Source of the DNA: Diplonema japonicum
Taxonomy: Eukaryota > Protista > Euglenozoa: Diplonemea
Assembly (NCBI GenBank): GCA_964019335.1
Contig: OZ025649.1
Location: forward strand, 868,001 to 932,000
Direction of reading: 5' to 3'
Length of the DNA: 64,000 bases
Shown: piece after piece, positions 22,978 to 33,837 of the stretch
How positions within the stretch are numbered: position 1 is the first letter of the stretch
Layout: every line of letters begins with the position of its first letter
The notes under the pieces: generated by a model
Told to the model about the DNA's origin: nothing
The model's input: only the letters and a program-made list of their open reading frames with translations
Databases searched by the model: none
Position numbers and translations under genes: made by a program

Positions 22978-23866
22978 ATGTCCTACACGGGCAAGGTCAC
23001 CATGTGGAGGGAAGTCGGGAAGGGGTTCATTCAGTGTGATGACTTCCCCGACAGACTCTTCGTCCATTACTCTGGGATTGTTGGCGGCGGCAACTTGAGT
23101 GAAGGGGCGATCTGCAACTTTGATGTGGTAGACGGCAACGATAACACGAAGCGGGCCATCAACGTCATGGGAGACGCAGTTCGACCGAAGATAGGGTATG
23201 GGGGCACGGGGCACCGCACGTTTACACAGGTCGCGTCAAGGTGACAGAGACAGGGATAGAGACGGAGACGGAGGTAGGGGGGGCAGGAGGATCCCGGACA
23301 GGTACGATAGTAGAAGACAGGACGACAGAAGAGACGGGCGAGACTTTGATAGAAGGGGAGACTTCGAGGACAGGAGGAGGTATGACGACAGGAGGGACTT
23401 CCGAGGTGGGAGGGACTTCCGTGATAGAAGGGATTTCCGCGACAGGAGAGACTTTCGTGATGACAGGAGAGGCTTCCGTGATGACAGGAGAGACTTCCGT
23501 GATGACAGGAGAGACTTCCGTGATGACAGGAGGGGCTTTGAGGACAGGAGAAGGGATGAAGGCAGGAGGAGACATGACGACAGGAGAGACGATAGGGGCA
23601 GAGGCCGAGAGGAAGCCGAGAACACCTCCCCCAAGCGCCGCGAGTCTGAGGAGGTTCCTGGTGAGTACCTGGGCACTGTTGTGGCTTGGGAGAACAGTTC
23701 TGGCACCGCTAAGAGTGACTCCTACCCTGACCGTGAGGTCTACATCTCCAAGTACGCGTTCTCTGGCACAGGCCTCCGTGTGGGCGAGCAGATCACTTTC
23801 GACTGCGAGGAGACGGACGGCAAGCTGCGCGCTCTCAATATCGATGGTCCTGCCGTTATCTTGTAG
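22978..23866 (+). CDS. RNA-binding protein with two cold-shock domains flanking an R/D/F repeat; intron 23196..23229
   Basis: GKVTMW..GKGFI..LFVHYS (CSD1). A 34-nt GTATGG...ACACAG intron joins the 22870 and 23198 ORF frames. The C-terminal GTVVAW...VYI...GEQITF...ALNI is CSD2. Confidence 0.88.
23340..23550 (+). repeat. Coding tandem repeat, 18-21 nt unit (CGTGATGACAGGAGAGACTTC = RDDRRDF)
   Basis: Four near-perfect 21-mers at 23456..23540 plus degenerate copies. Confidence 0.9.
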
Positions 23867-24081
23867 GCACCCTGTAGTCATAGTGTGCCTTATCAACTAA
23901 GTGTTTTTTGCTTTTCTAAAGTTCAATCTCCTATGGTTTTCTGGTTGATCAGATTTTTATAACCGCTGTTTAATAAGGGCTACGGGGTTGTGTTGGCTCT
24001 TACTCGGCGTAAAGGGCAGTGTTTTAGTTTTGTCATATTCTTTTTCTGGCCTTAGTTGCGAGTCACAAGTAGGTAAAGAAG

Positions 24082-25423
24082 ATGGCGGGTTTGGTTCGAG
24101 GGCTCCCCGAAAGCCCGTTGATCGGGCTTGTCGGGATGGGGGACATGGGGTGCTTGTATGCAGACAAGTTCTCTGCAGCTGGGATGCGTGTCGTGGCGTG
24201 CGACCTGCCTTCGCAGATGGAGAGGCTGAGGGAGAAGTATAGGGAGAACGCACTTGTGGACCTGAAGGACGATGGCGCATTGGTGGTGCGGGTCGCGGAC
24301 ATCATCATCTATTCTGTTGAAGCCGTCAATCTCGAGAGGGTTGCAAAGATGTACGGTCCGGGAACGAAGGTGGGCGCCATAGTGATTGGTCAGTCGTCTG
24401 TTAAGCAGATAGAAGTAGATGCTTTCAGCAGGTATCTTCCAGAAGATGTGAGTATCATCCCTTGTCACTCACTGCACGGGCCGCTGGTCACTACTGCAGG
24501 TCAGACACTTGTGCAGGTCAACACCCGTGCGCATGAGATGACAGCAGCAGCTATTTCTGCTCTCTTCAAGAGGGTTTTCTTGTATAAGGTAGTTACCATG
24601 ACAGCAGAGGAGCACGACGTTATCACGGCAAATACTCAGGTTTTGACTCACCTGGGCTTTGAGGCCATGGGCACTGCCTGGAAGTCCATGGGGTGCTACC
24701 CTTGGGAGGCACAGTCCTACATTGGCGGCATTGACAATGTAAAGGTCTTGGCGTGTCTACGTATCTATGCATCTAAGGCTCACGTATACTGCGGTCTTGC
24801 TTTGCTCAACCCCCGTGCTAAGGACCAGGTCTTGCAGTATAACAGGTCGACGGCTGAGCTCTTCAAGCTGATGGTGACAGAAAAAAAGGAGGAGCTCTCG
24901 GCGAGACTTCTTGCTGCGCGCGATGCAGTGTTCGATACTTCGCGTTCCAAGTCCCTTCTTCCTGATGACCTGCTCCAGGAGTACTCCCTTGGCGCAAAGC
25001 CAGAGGGGTCGGACAAGCCAATGAACAGCCATTTGAGCATTCTTGCTATGGTCGATTCATGGCACAGGCTCGGTATCAAGCCTTACCAGCACCTGGTGTG
25101 CGACACGCCTGTGTTCCGCCTGCGTTTGGGCATCGCCGAATACTTGTTCACTGATGAGAAGATGCTGATGGAAAGCATTCACACTGCATGCTACGAGAAG
25201 TCAATTCGTGCTGATGACTTTGAGTTCACGGCAGCCGTGCGAGAGTGGACAACGGTTATATCGCATGGTGACACTGCTGGCTACGGCAAGCAATTCGAGT
25301 ATGCATCACCCTTATTCATTGCACCCCCACAGGCAAACTCGCGAGTTTTTTTCCGACAGGCTTACCGAAGGCCTGAAGATGAGCACCAAGCTTATTGAGA
25401 AGTTAGCAGCCTCTCAGAGGTAG
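24082..25423 (+). CDS. TYR1: Prephenate dehydrogenase, fungal Tyr1 type; intron 25299..25332
   Basis: IGLVGMGDMG, GQSSVK, CHSLHGP, EHDVITANTQVLTH, NSHLS. The 34-nt intron restores FEQTREFF... Confidence 0.9.
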
Positions 25424-25547
25424 CAGCACTCACGTTTTCTTTTCCACAAGCTAGGCATATGCACCGTTAGGTAGCGCCAGCTGCGTAAGTAGATTTTTTC
25501 ACTTCCATAAGTCGGGTCAGTTCCACTCTAGATAGGCAAGGGGGGCA

Positions 25548-26828
25548 ATGAGAGCTCTTCGGCAGATACGATGGTGCTCAGAGAAGGTACCTATGGCTTC
25601 AGGGGTGGCAGGAGAGAAGGAGCTAAGCCAGCGGGAGAGGGCAGAGTACTTGAGCAAAAAGTGGAAGCCCGACGAGCAGTGGATGTACCCTGGAGCTCCT
25701 CGTGCAGAGATGGAGGCAGCGGAGACCGGGGATAGCGGCGAGCTAATCGAACGGCACTTCGGGATCTTTGACGGTCCTCAGAAGGGGTCCTTCACCGACC
25801 TTGGTGCGGAGGCTCCGTTCACTTATATCAAGGAGCCAATGCCCGATTGGCTGAAAAGCCCAATGAAAGAGCCCATGAGGAATGATGGTCTTTATGAGGA
25901 CACAGAACTCCCTTCAGACCTTGCAACTGAGCAGAAGTCTTGGGTGATCCAGCGGGTAGTTGACAAGGAATCGTGGGAGACTGCACTAGGAGATCAGCTG
26001 TTCAGAACCACCGACCTTGATATGAACAGCACAGAACTCTATCCCGTGGGTTATGGGCTGGCAGTCAACACATGCGCATTGGTGATCGAGGACGATGACG
26101 AGCCGGACAGGTTTTATCATATATGCGGAGGGCGGGCTGACCACAAGACATTTATGCAAGGGAAGTGCCTCACGCTGCGTGTGGATGCAGAGCTGTTCTT
26201 TCATGTTTTGAACTACTTCGGTGAGAACTTTGGATTGCAGCAGAGCCAGCAGATGTACCACCACAAATACCGGGGGATGTGTATATGGGGCGGAGGCATG
26301 GATGAAGAGGACTTGGAGTTCATGAACGGGTTCTTCGGCATCTGCGGTCTCTCGATGCGTGTAGACGAGGAGAGGCTCGACGAGGCATGCGAGGGGTACC
26401 TCCCCGTGCTGTACCACAAGCGCTTGACACCTGATGACCCTGTTTGGGCACCTGAGTCAAGCGGTGTATTCATTTGGCAGAACTTCTTGATGTCAGTCCC
26501 CAAGGAGTTGAACACTGACCCTGCACATGTAAAGAGGTGGTGGTACGACCCCTACACCCTCAGGAAGAGGACCAACATCAGTGCACGTGCGTTCAATGGC
26601 GCGGCGGACAAGACAGCTGAAAACGCAGGGTTCTACGACTCGCAGTGGGGTGCTGACGGGCTAAGGGGCGAGAAGATCAAGAGGAGCCTTGGTGTCGTTG
26701 ATAAGCTGGGGAAGAGTCAGTCCATTGACATCATGAGACCAGCTTCAGAGCCCGCAGGCGTAATCACAGATCCGTTCTCTCACGGATTCAGACATCCTAT
26801 CTTCACAACAAAGCCAAGGACTGCATAG
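25548..26828 (+). CDS. Hypothetical protein, probably mitochondrial
   Basis: 426-aa ORF with coding-like composition. MRALRQIRWCS resembles a short euglenozoan presequence. No family recognised. Confidence 0.7.
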   Translation: MRALRQIRWCSEKVPMASGVAGEKELSQRERAEYLSKKWKPDEQWMYPGAPRAEMEAAETGDSGELIERHFGIFDGPQKGSFTDLGAEAPFTYIKEPMPDWLKSPMKEPMRNDGLYEDTELPSDLATEQKSWVIQRVVDKESWETALGDQLFRTTDLDMNSTELYPVGYGLAVNTCALVIEDDDEPDRFYHICGGRADHKTFMQGKCLTLRVDAELFFHVLNYFGENFGLQQSQQMYHHKYRGMCIWGGGMDEEDLEFMNGFFGICGLSMRVDEERLDEACEGYLPVLYHKRLTPDDPVWAPESSGVFIWQNFLMSVPKELNTDPAHVKRWWYDPYTLRKRTNISARAFNGAADKTAENAGFYDSQWGADGLRGEKIKRSLGVVDKLGKSQSIDIMRPASEPAGVITDPFSHGFRHPIFTTKPRTA

Positions 26829-26920
26829 GCTTCCACCGGGTTGGTGCATTTTTTTGTGATCGATTTAGTTTTTGAATTTTTTTTTCTTCTTCCAGAACAC
26901 GTCATACAGGAGCGGGTAGC

Positions 26921-28980
26921 ATGCCCATGATGCTTCAGCCTGTAAGAATGCTCTCCCGTGTCTGTCTGCAAGCACAGGTGAGGATGAACAACCGGTACCA
27001 TGGTGGTGTTCCTGGGAAGCACGACATAGCTGTAAAGGAGCGTGACAGGGTGTTGTCGAGCCTGCGCATGCTGTGTACGAGGTCCAGCAGCGTCAGAGCG
27101 GAGCTCAAGGCATTGATTTGCGAATCGCAGGAGGACATTGTCATAAACAAGGTCGAATATTTCTTCGAGACGTACTCTTTCAGTGAGAAGGAGATGAGCA
27201 AGCTGAGGCAGGTCGCGGAATCGTCCGAAGAGCTTCTAGAGGAGTTTTATAACATTTTTGCAGACTGGTTCTACAGACATGAGGCACCACGGTACTCGGA
27301 CATGCACAGGCCATGGGAGTGGTACCCCAAGGCTAGGTACATGAGGCGAAGGATCTATTTCCATGCAGGGCCTACAAACAGTGGAAAGACGCATGACTCT
27401 TTGGAGAGGATGATGAAGGCGAGGAACGGTGTGTACTGCGCCCCGCTTAAGCTCTTGGCGGCTCAGGTCTGTGAAAAGGTCAACAACGCTGGTGTACCCT
27501 GCGAGCTAGTGATTGGAGACGAGGTCATTTTCAATGGCAGCGGCGAGTTCATCAGCTGCACAGTGGAGATGTGCCCTATCGACGAGACTGTTGACGTGGG
27601 TATCATCGACGAAGTGCAGATGATTGGTGACAAGGAGCGAGGCTGGGCCTGGACACGTGCTCTGCTGGGGCTCCCAGCAAGAGAGATTCACTTATGTGGT
27701 GAACCGAGAGCCATTCCTGTTATTAAGAAGCTTCTCAGGTGCACAGGAGAGGAGGACTCCCTCAAGATCCTGTGGCATGAAAGACTTGTCCCTTTGAAGA
27801 TCACGGAGCCGCTAAGTGGCGACCTTCGCAAGGTCGAAAGGGGTGACTGTGTCGTGTGCTTCTCCCGGAAGCAGGTCTTCAACATCAAGCAGCAGATCGA
27901 AGAGCTACGCCCTGGCATGAAGGTAAACATCGTCTATGGTGCTCTCCCCCACGAGGTACGAGAGGCACAGACAAATGCCTTCAACAAAGTGGGTGATGGC
28001 GAGAACTCTGTGCTTGTCGCAACAGATGCTATCGCCTTTGGTCTGAACTTAAACATCAGAAGGTATGCGCATGCACACTGTTCGTCACTTTCCTAAGGAT
28101 CATCTTCACGACTGTGTCCAAGTATACTCAGGGCGATATGAGGAACCTCACGCACGCTCATGTGCTGCAGGTATGTAAGGTGATAGTTGGCCACCACCAC
28201 TCAGATCGGCGGGCGTGCAGGTCGCGCAAACTGTGCCTTTGCTGACTGCGGTTACGTCACGACACTGCACAACAGGGACAGTGCATACGTGAGGAAGGCT
28301 TTCGAGCAGGGTGCCGGTGAGTTGATTCAGCGAGCGGGGCTTATTCCCACTGCGGACATCCTTGGGGTGTATTGGAACTTGCACCAGGTGTGTGTCACAA
28401 ATAGTTACTATTGGCATTACATCATTCTTCTCAGGATCTGAAATCTTACTACGACCTCTTGAGTCTCTTCATCAAGGAGGTTGAGACGGAGGAAAACTTT
28501 TTTGTCTGCGACATGACCCGTCAGATGTTGCCTATAGCAGAGATGATGGAGGGCCTTTCGTTTCCTATCCAGGAGAAGATCGTGATTTCCTTCGTTCCCT
28601 GGAATGACAGAAAGGACGAGGGTGCAAAACTTCTAAGGACATGGCTGGAGTACCATGACAGGGAGGAAAAAGTGCCTGTTGGTTTTGATCCTCCGCCTGC
28701 AGGGACGCTCCTTGCTGACCTCGAGCAAAGGTTCAAGTGGACGGAATGCTATGGATGGCTTGCCATGCGATTCCCCATGACCTTCTGCTACTTCGACCAA
28801 TGCAAGCTTATCAAGGACCATATCGTGAAGCTCATGAAGGCCGAGCTGTCTCGCTCAGATCAGGATTGGAAAGAAGTGCATCAGTCCATCAGTATCACCG
28901 ATATGACAAGAGACCCAAGTATGAAGCCCATCCAGGACAGGCGTCTGGTAGACGTTGATGCAGAGACTGCGAAGCAGTAG
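26921..28980 (+). CDS. SUV3: Mitochondrial RNA helicase SUV3; introns 28063..28097, 28171..28204, 28388..28434
   Basis: HAGPTNSGKT, DEVQM...RGWAWTRALLG, ATDAIAFGLNLNIRRIIF and QIGGRAGR become contiguous only after removing the three introns. Confidence 0.95.
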
Positions 28981-29074
28981 AATGTAATTTTAAAATGTCT
29001 GGCAACTACTGATGTGGACCAGTGTTTTTGAGTGTATAAGCTTTGGTGCGTAATAGTTACCACAGGGAGGTACA

Positions 29075-31196
29075 ATGCAATATGAGCTCCAAGCAAAGGG
29101 TTGCAAGAAGAGCAGCCTTATCATCAGCAGCGAAGGTGATTTGTCAAGTATGAAGACCAGGCTTCACGAGCTTGAGGAAGAAAGCAGGTTCATGGACGAG
29201 GTGAAGTTGATGGAGAGGAAACAAGAAGAAACGCGACTTCTGCAGTGTGATTATATCAGGTCAGGGCCCAAGAAGAGCAGGCAGGGCAAGGAGGGTACTA
29301 TTCATCCGTGCCAGGAGAACACAAGGAACATGGAGCTTGAGGATGCTGCTGTAGGCGGGACTGCCAGATCGAGGATGAGATGTATTGAATGTACAGAGAC
29401 AGTGCTGTGCAGTAGCCAGAGTGACAGCAGGGAGAGTATTGCAACGGTGAACACACTGCAAGCCTTACAAGATGTTTATCAATGGACAGGAGGCAGTAGC
29501 GTCACAATTGACACGGTCCTTAGAGATGCTGCTTGCACCTTCACATCGCATTTCGCAAAGACGCATCTCGAGAGTCTCCCCGCCAGCCATGCAGACGAGC
29601 GGTGTACTGTTGATGCTCTCGACGAACTGTTCGCCACACCGCAGCCCATTCTTCTTTCCATGCTTGACGGCGCCAGCACTGATATTGGGCAACGTGTCGA
29701 CATGCACCTCTCGGCCATACCAGAGGTCCCTTGCGTGACAACGCCATTGGCAAAGCTAGGGCTTTTCAAGTTTGAGAACCCAATGGTTGATCTCAAGCAG
29801 AACTTAAAGGGCACGCAGAATGTGCTCGTTCAGATCTTTACATCAGCGTCGCAGCTGCAGAACCAGCAGAAGAGGCTCCTTCTTCGCCTCCAGACACCCT
29901 CTAAAACAGACGACATCGAAGGTGTTGCCAGCGAGGTGATCAACGTGGCGGAGCAGCGGGCAGCTTGCCTTGAGAACGGGATGGCTGTGATATGCGAGAG
30001 GTGGCCTTTGGTATGATCTTGTTTTATTGTTAATGATAAACCAAGATCGAGAAAGCCGAGGAGGAACTGAAGCATAAGCTGTCTTCTTTCGAGAACGAGA
30101 CGGAGAAGCTCTTGACGGTGTTGCGCGGCATGCAGGAGCAACATCACAAACAAGCAGATCTCATCAAGAGTGATTCGGAGAAGCTTGAAGCCACTTTTGC
30201 CCAGAAGGACGCAGCTTATTCAGGTATTTTCGAGAGCGATGGCCTGTGGCTTGCTGATTCTCTAAAGGCACTCGAGGGGAACAGTGAGCGCATTGACGAA
30301 ATGTGGATGCATGTGTGCGAGATGGCAGAGGACATCTGCAGGCTTCAGGATGAGAGATTGCATTCTGTTGGTAAGCATGTTGAGCGGATACGGTTGATGC
30401 ACTCACGACAGTACGACAGCCGCATGTTGGATTCAGTTGCAAATGAGCATCTCAAGCTTCTGGAGAATTTGTACAACAGACACTCTACGATAGAGCAGGT
30501 ACTTGAAGCAGTCAGCACAGTCGTATCAGGGGCTTTGGGGAGCACACAGCAGCTTGTCTCATCGTGTCTCGACGACATCAGAACTACACTGGAGGACGAT
30601 GCAGCTTCGTTCTCCAAGATTCACATTGGATACTGCGACCTTGTCGGGGACCTGCTTCTGAGACGGCGCAACAGATTAGGGATGATCGACGTGGAGGGCG
30701 GGTTGCTGAAGATGAAAGTTGATACAGCATCGATAAAGTGCACGTCCCCCACGCACCATGCAACGATGGACTTGTTAGAACTCAGCAGACTCAAAGAAGA
30801 AAAGCTCCGTGTTGTGGCCTACATCTCAGACTGGGCTGAGAGGTTGGTTTCTCAAAAAGCAAAGCACAAAATGATTGTCGACAGGTGTAATCTGCCAGAT
30901 GTGACCCAGGGGCTCTTTGACAGGCTTGAAGAGGCAAAGGAAGAATATGATGCAAAACAAAAGGAGCTTTTCTGTCACATGAAAGATCTTATCGAAGGAT
31001 ACCAAACATTCGCGGAAGAAACAAATTCTTGCGATCCAATAAAGGTACAGTCAAATCCTATTTCGTAATCGATTCACCACAGCTGACAAATGAGGAGTAC
31101 CGAAAACAGCTCTCGGAGGCCATGGGGATAGGGATTGCAAGGCAAATATCAACAAGCTGGGCCGTCCCGGGCTTTCACTGTCGTTCAAAAAAGTGA
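29075..31196 (+). CDS. Paraflagellar-rod (PFR) domain protein, divergent; introns 30011..30045 and 31045..31082
   Basis: The first intron joins ORFs 29075 and 30112 in frame. NSERIDEMWMHVCEM...RLQDER...VANEHLKLLE and LVGDLLLRRRNRL parallel the PFR1/2 coiled coil. Last exon LTNEEYRKQL...RSKK*. Confidence 0.65.
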
Positions 31197-31214
31197 ACGC
31201 GGGATCTTGGCATG

Positions 31215-31286
31215 GGGCGTTTAGCTCAGTGGTAGAGCGCCCGTTCTGCATACGGGAGGTCGAGGGTTCGAACCCCTCAATGTCCA
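31215..31286 (+). tRNA. trnA-UGC: tRNA-Ala (anticodon UGC), with C at position 33
   Basis: Full cloverleaf: acceptor GGGCGTT/AATGTCC with G3:U70, D arm GCTC-AGTGGTA-GAGC, anticodon arm CCCGT-TCTGCAT-ACGGG, T arm GAGGG-TTCGAAC-CCCTC, discriminator A. Confidence 0.96.
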
Positions 31287-31287
31287 C

Positions 31288-31293
31288 TTTTTT
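31288..31293 (+). terminator. Pol III terminator (T6)
   Basis: Six Ts starting 2 nt after the tRNA discriminator. Confidence 0.75.
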
Positions 31294-31453
31294 CCCATTC
31301 CCATTCGCCTTGTTTCCACAGGCCTGCTCGAGAAAACGAGAGGGACTTGCATGTACTTTACAAACGCCCTCCGCCTTGCACCAATTAAAGTTCCTTAGCG
31401 TATATCCATCACTAGGCAGTCTGTGATATGCTCATCTCTTGTTGTTGTAGAAC

Positions 31454-32385
31454 ATGAATACATGGGTGGTATGGCATTAATAAGGCATGACTCAAACAGA
31501 TTTTCACAATCGTGCTGAGCAGTTGCATGGGGAGCGTCGTGTTGGTGGTTATGGCAAGGGTGATGAATATACGAAGGGTTCAAGGGAGGGTGAAGGAGAA
31601 GAAGGTTGTTAAGAAGAAAAGGGTTGTTAAGAATGTCCCTAGCGTGAAGGCAAAGAGCAAGAGAGATAACCCTTTGGAAGGTCTAGACCTTCATGATGAG
31701 CGCAGAAGCTCTGGAACGTCTCTGATGAATAGCGTGAAGCACAGCGAGGTGGTTTCGCAGGGAAGCAGTGGAAACGATGCCGTTGACCTCATGGACATAG
31801 GTATAGATAACACACCCTACTGCGATACTGGCTTGTCTGACTGCATGTGTTCCTGTTCCGTGACGCGTTCCGTAACCCCTGACACCGACGGTCTCAGTTT
31901 CGATGCTTCGCACAAAGTGTCAACACCGCGTTCATGTGCCAATATGGAGGATCCATATGGCACCCACACCACTACAACAGAGATCCTTGGCTCTTACAAA
32001 AGGTATTCCACCGACTGACCACAATCCTTGCAGGTCAGCTCTTTCGGGTGATGGCAATGCTCAATACAGTCTCGGGTGTTGCTATTTACATGGCACAGGT
32101 GCACCTTGTGACAAGCGAGAAGCGGTCAGATGGTTAACCCTATCGGCTGATCAAGGCATTCCTAAAGCCCTCACCTTGTTGGGTAGGTGCTATATGCGTG
32201 GTGACGGAGTCAATGCATCACCGGAGTCTGCTATCGATTACTGGAAGCAGGGCTACAGCAAGGGTGACCCAGAGGCTGCCTTGAGCATTGCCCTTTGTCA
32301 TAAACGTGGTGCTGGGGGGCTCCCCATCGACCTTGAGGAATCGAATAAATGGTTCGAAAGGGCCGCTGATCTTCAGAATACGTAA
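31454..32385 (+). CDS. N-terminally anchored Sel1-repeat protein; introns 31469..31499 and 32003..32033
   Basis: The spliced start MNTWVIFTIVLSSCMGSVVLVVM forms a TM helix. AQYSLGCCYLHGTG...AVRWLTLSADQG and two further Sel1 repeats follow. Confidence 0.85.
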
Positions 32386-32436
32386 GATAGTTCGGCTTTT
32401 TTTTACCCCGACAGTCACGAAGGCACCAGGTTACAC

Positions 32437-33788
32437 ATGAGAGCTGTACGGCGGGATTCAAAATGGGATCAAGTACGGATGAGCGTTCCTGTCATCAAGT
32501 CAATGTCAATAGTCAGTGTTCCGATGGCAAAGCTGAGTGAGGCGGAAGAGATCAAAGTGATGGAAGTTTTTGGGGGCACCGTTCTTGATAGCCTTAAGGT
32601 GATAGAGAAGGCACTTAGTGAGACGGGCGCGTGTCCTAAGGTGAATGTGAGTGTGGAGACCGACCTCCTGAGTCTTGGGTGGGACAATGTGAAAGGTTCC
32701 CTATCTCATGAGAAGTTCTACAAGCTAGTCCAGATACGGAAGGCGCGGTACCAGCACTTCTTGGAAAATGATATACAGGACGCAGAGCACTTAGAGACCT
32801 TCGAGGCGCTTGGTGGTGGTCCCCAGGGACAGGGCACGATATCACGTGAATGCCTTTTCTCCTGTGCCGAGGCCTTTGGCCTTGTGGCACCTTTCAATGT
32901 CGTCGGAGACAAGGTTGAGTTCTCGCAATTCAAAGACGTGATGAACTCTATCACAGGCACGGAGGCTGTGCAAGCACTTGACAAGCCTAAATCTTTCCCT
33001 ATCAAGGGCATCAAGAGCATGGCCAGAGGCATTGCAGCCCTTCTTCGTTCCCATAACGATCCGTGTCGGGACTCTGTTCACTACAGAACAGGCAGCTTTG
33101 GGTGGACGCCAAGTCACACCTTTCTGGAGTCGTCACTCTTATCATCTAAGAGGTATGGCAAAAACAAGGCATTTAACTTAACTTCTTCAGTGAGTCGGAG
33201 GATCCAAAGGAGCAGAAGTCCGAATTAGTACGTCCTTCCCGTCCCCACCTCTTGGGGTCAATGGAAGGACCACCGAAGGCCAAGAAGTCTCGCGCATACA
33301 CGCAGAACGGCGCTGGTTTGTTGGGAGTCTTTAGCAAGGAGGAAGCAAGGGAGCCGAACGAGTCAAAACTGGAGAACAAGCTTCATTCTGTTTTTTCAGA
33401 ACACAGAAGTCGCCTGCTTGACGTTGCTGCGGATCAAGGGAACATGTTGTACGATTACTTGTCGGTGTTAATCCACAACGAGCGTCAGGCTAAGGTAGGC
33501 GACACGAGGTATTTATACCAGCGCAGGGAGATCCGTAAAAAGGACCAGCAGGTTCTCTGCAAGCCGTTTGTAAGTCTCGTCGTCACGACATCAGGCAATG
33601 AGCTGTCTTTTAAGAACCGGTGCGGGCGACCTGTGATATTCGATCCTGTCGGCAGAAAGGCTTCACCCCCAAGGTGTTTCAAGAAGTGGCAAGAGCAGAA
33701 TACATGTGTAAACCTCTCGCAAAAGGAGATAGATTCGATGCTTGCCAGCATCAAGTCACGCACCTTAGGTGGTGCGTGTGAGAGGTGA
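32437..33788 (+). CDS. Degenerate EF-hand protein (ODA-DC3-like motif) with a basic C-terminal extension; intron 33153..33190
   Basis: ETFEALGGGPQGQGTIS...FGL...VEFSQFK. A 38-nt GTATGG...TTCAG intron joins ORFs 32437 and 33252. Confidence 0.7.
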
Positions 33789-33837
33789 TATCGCGTGTCA
33801 CTCCTCATCAGAGTACTCCATCCAAACACAACAGGTT

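Noticed and set aside
22860-23000. Selenocysteine/SECIS for SelO
   Set aside because: No in-frame TGA or CxxU-like tail, and no room for a SECIS before the next CDS.
23340-23550. CRISPR-like array
   Set aside because: No spacers. It is an in-frame coding repeat in a eukaryotic gene.
31021-31200. snRNA gene head-to-head with the tRNA, as in trypanosomatids
   Set aside because: The minus strand shows no U2/U3/U6/7SL motif. The region is better explained as an intron plus last exon.
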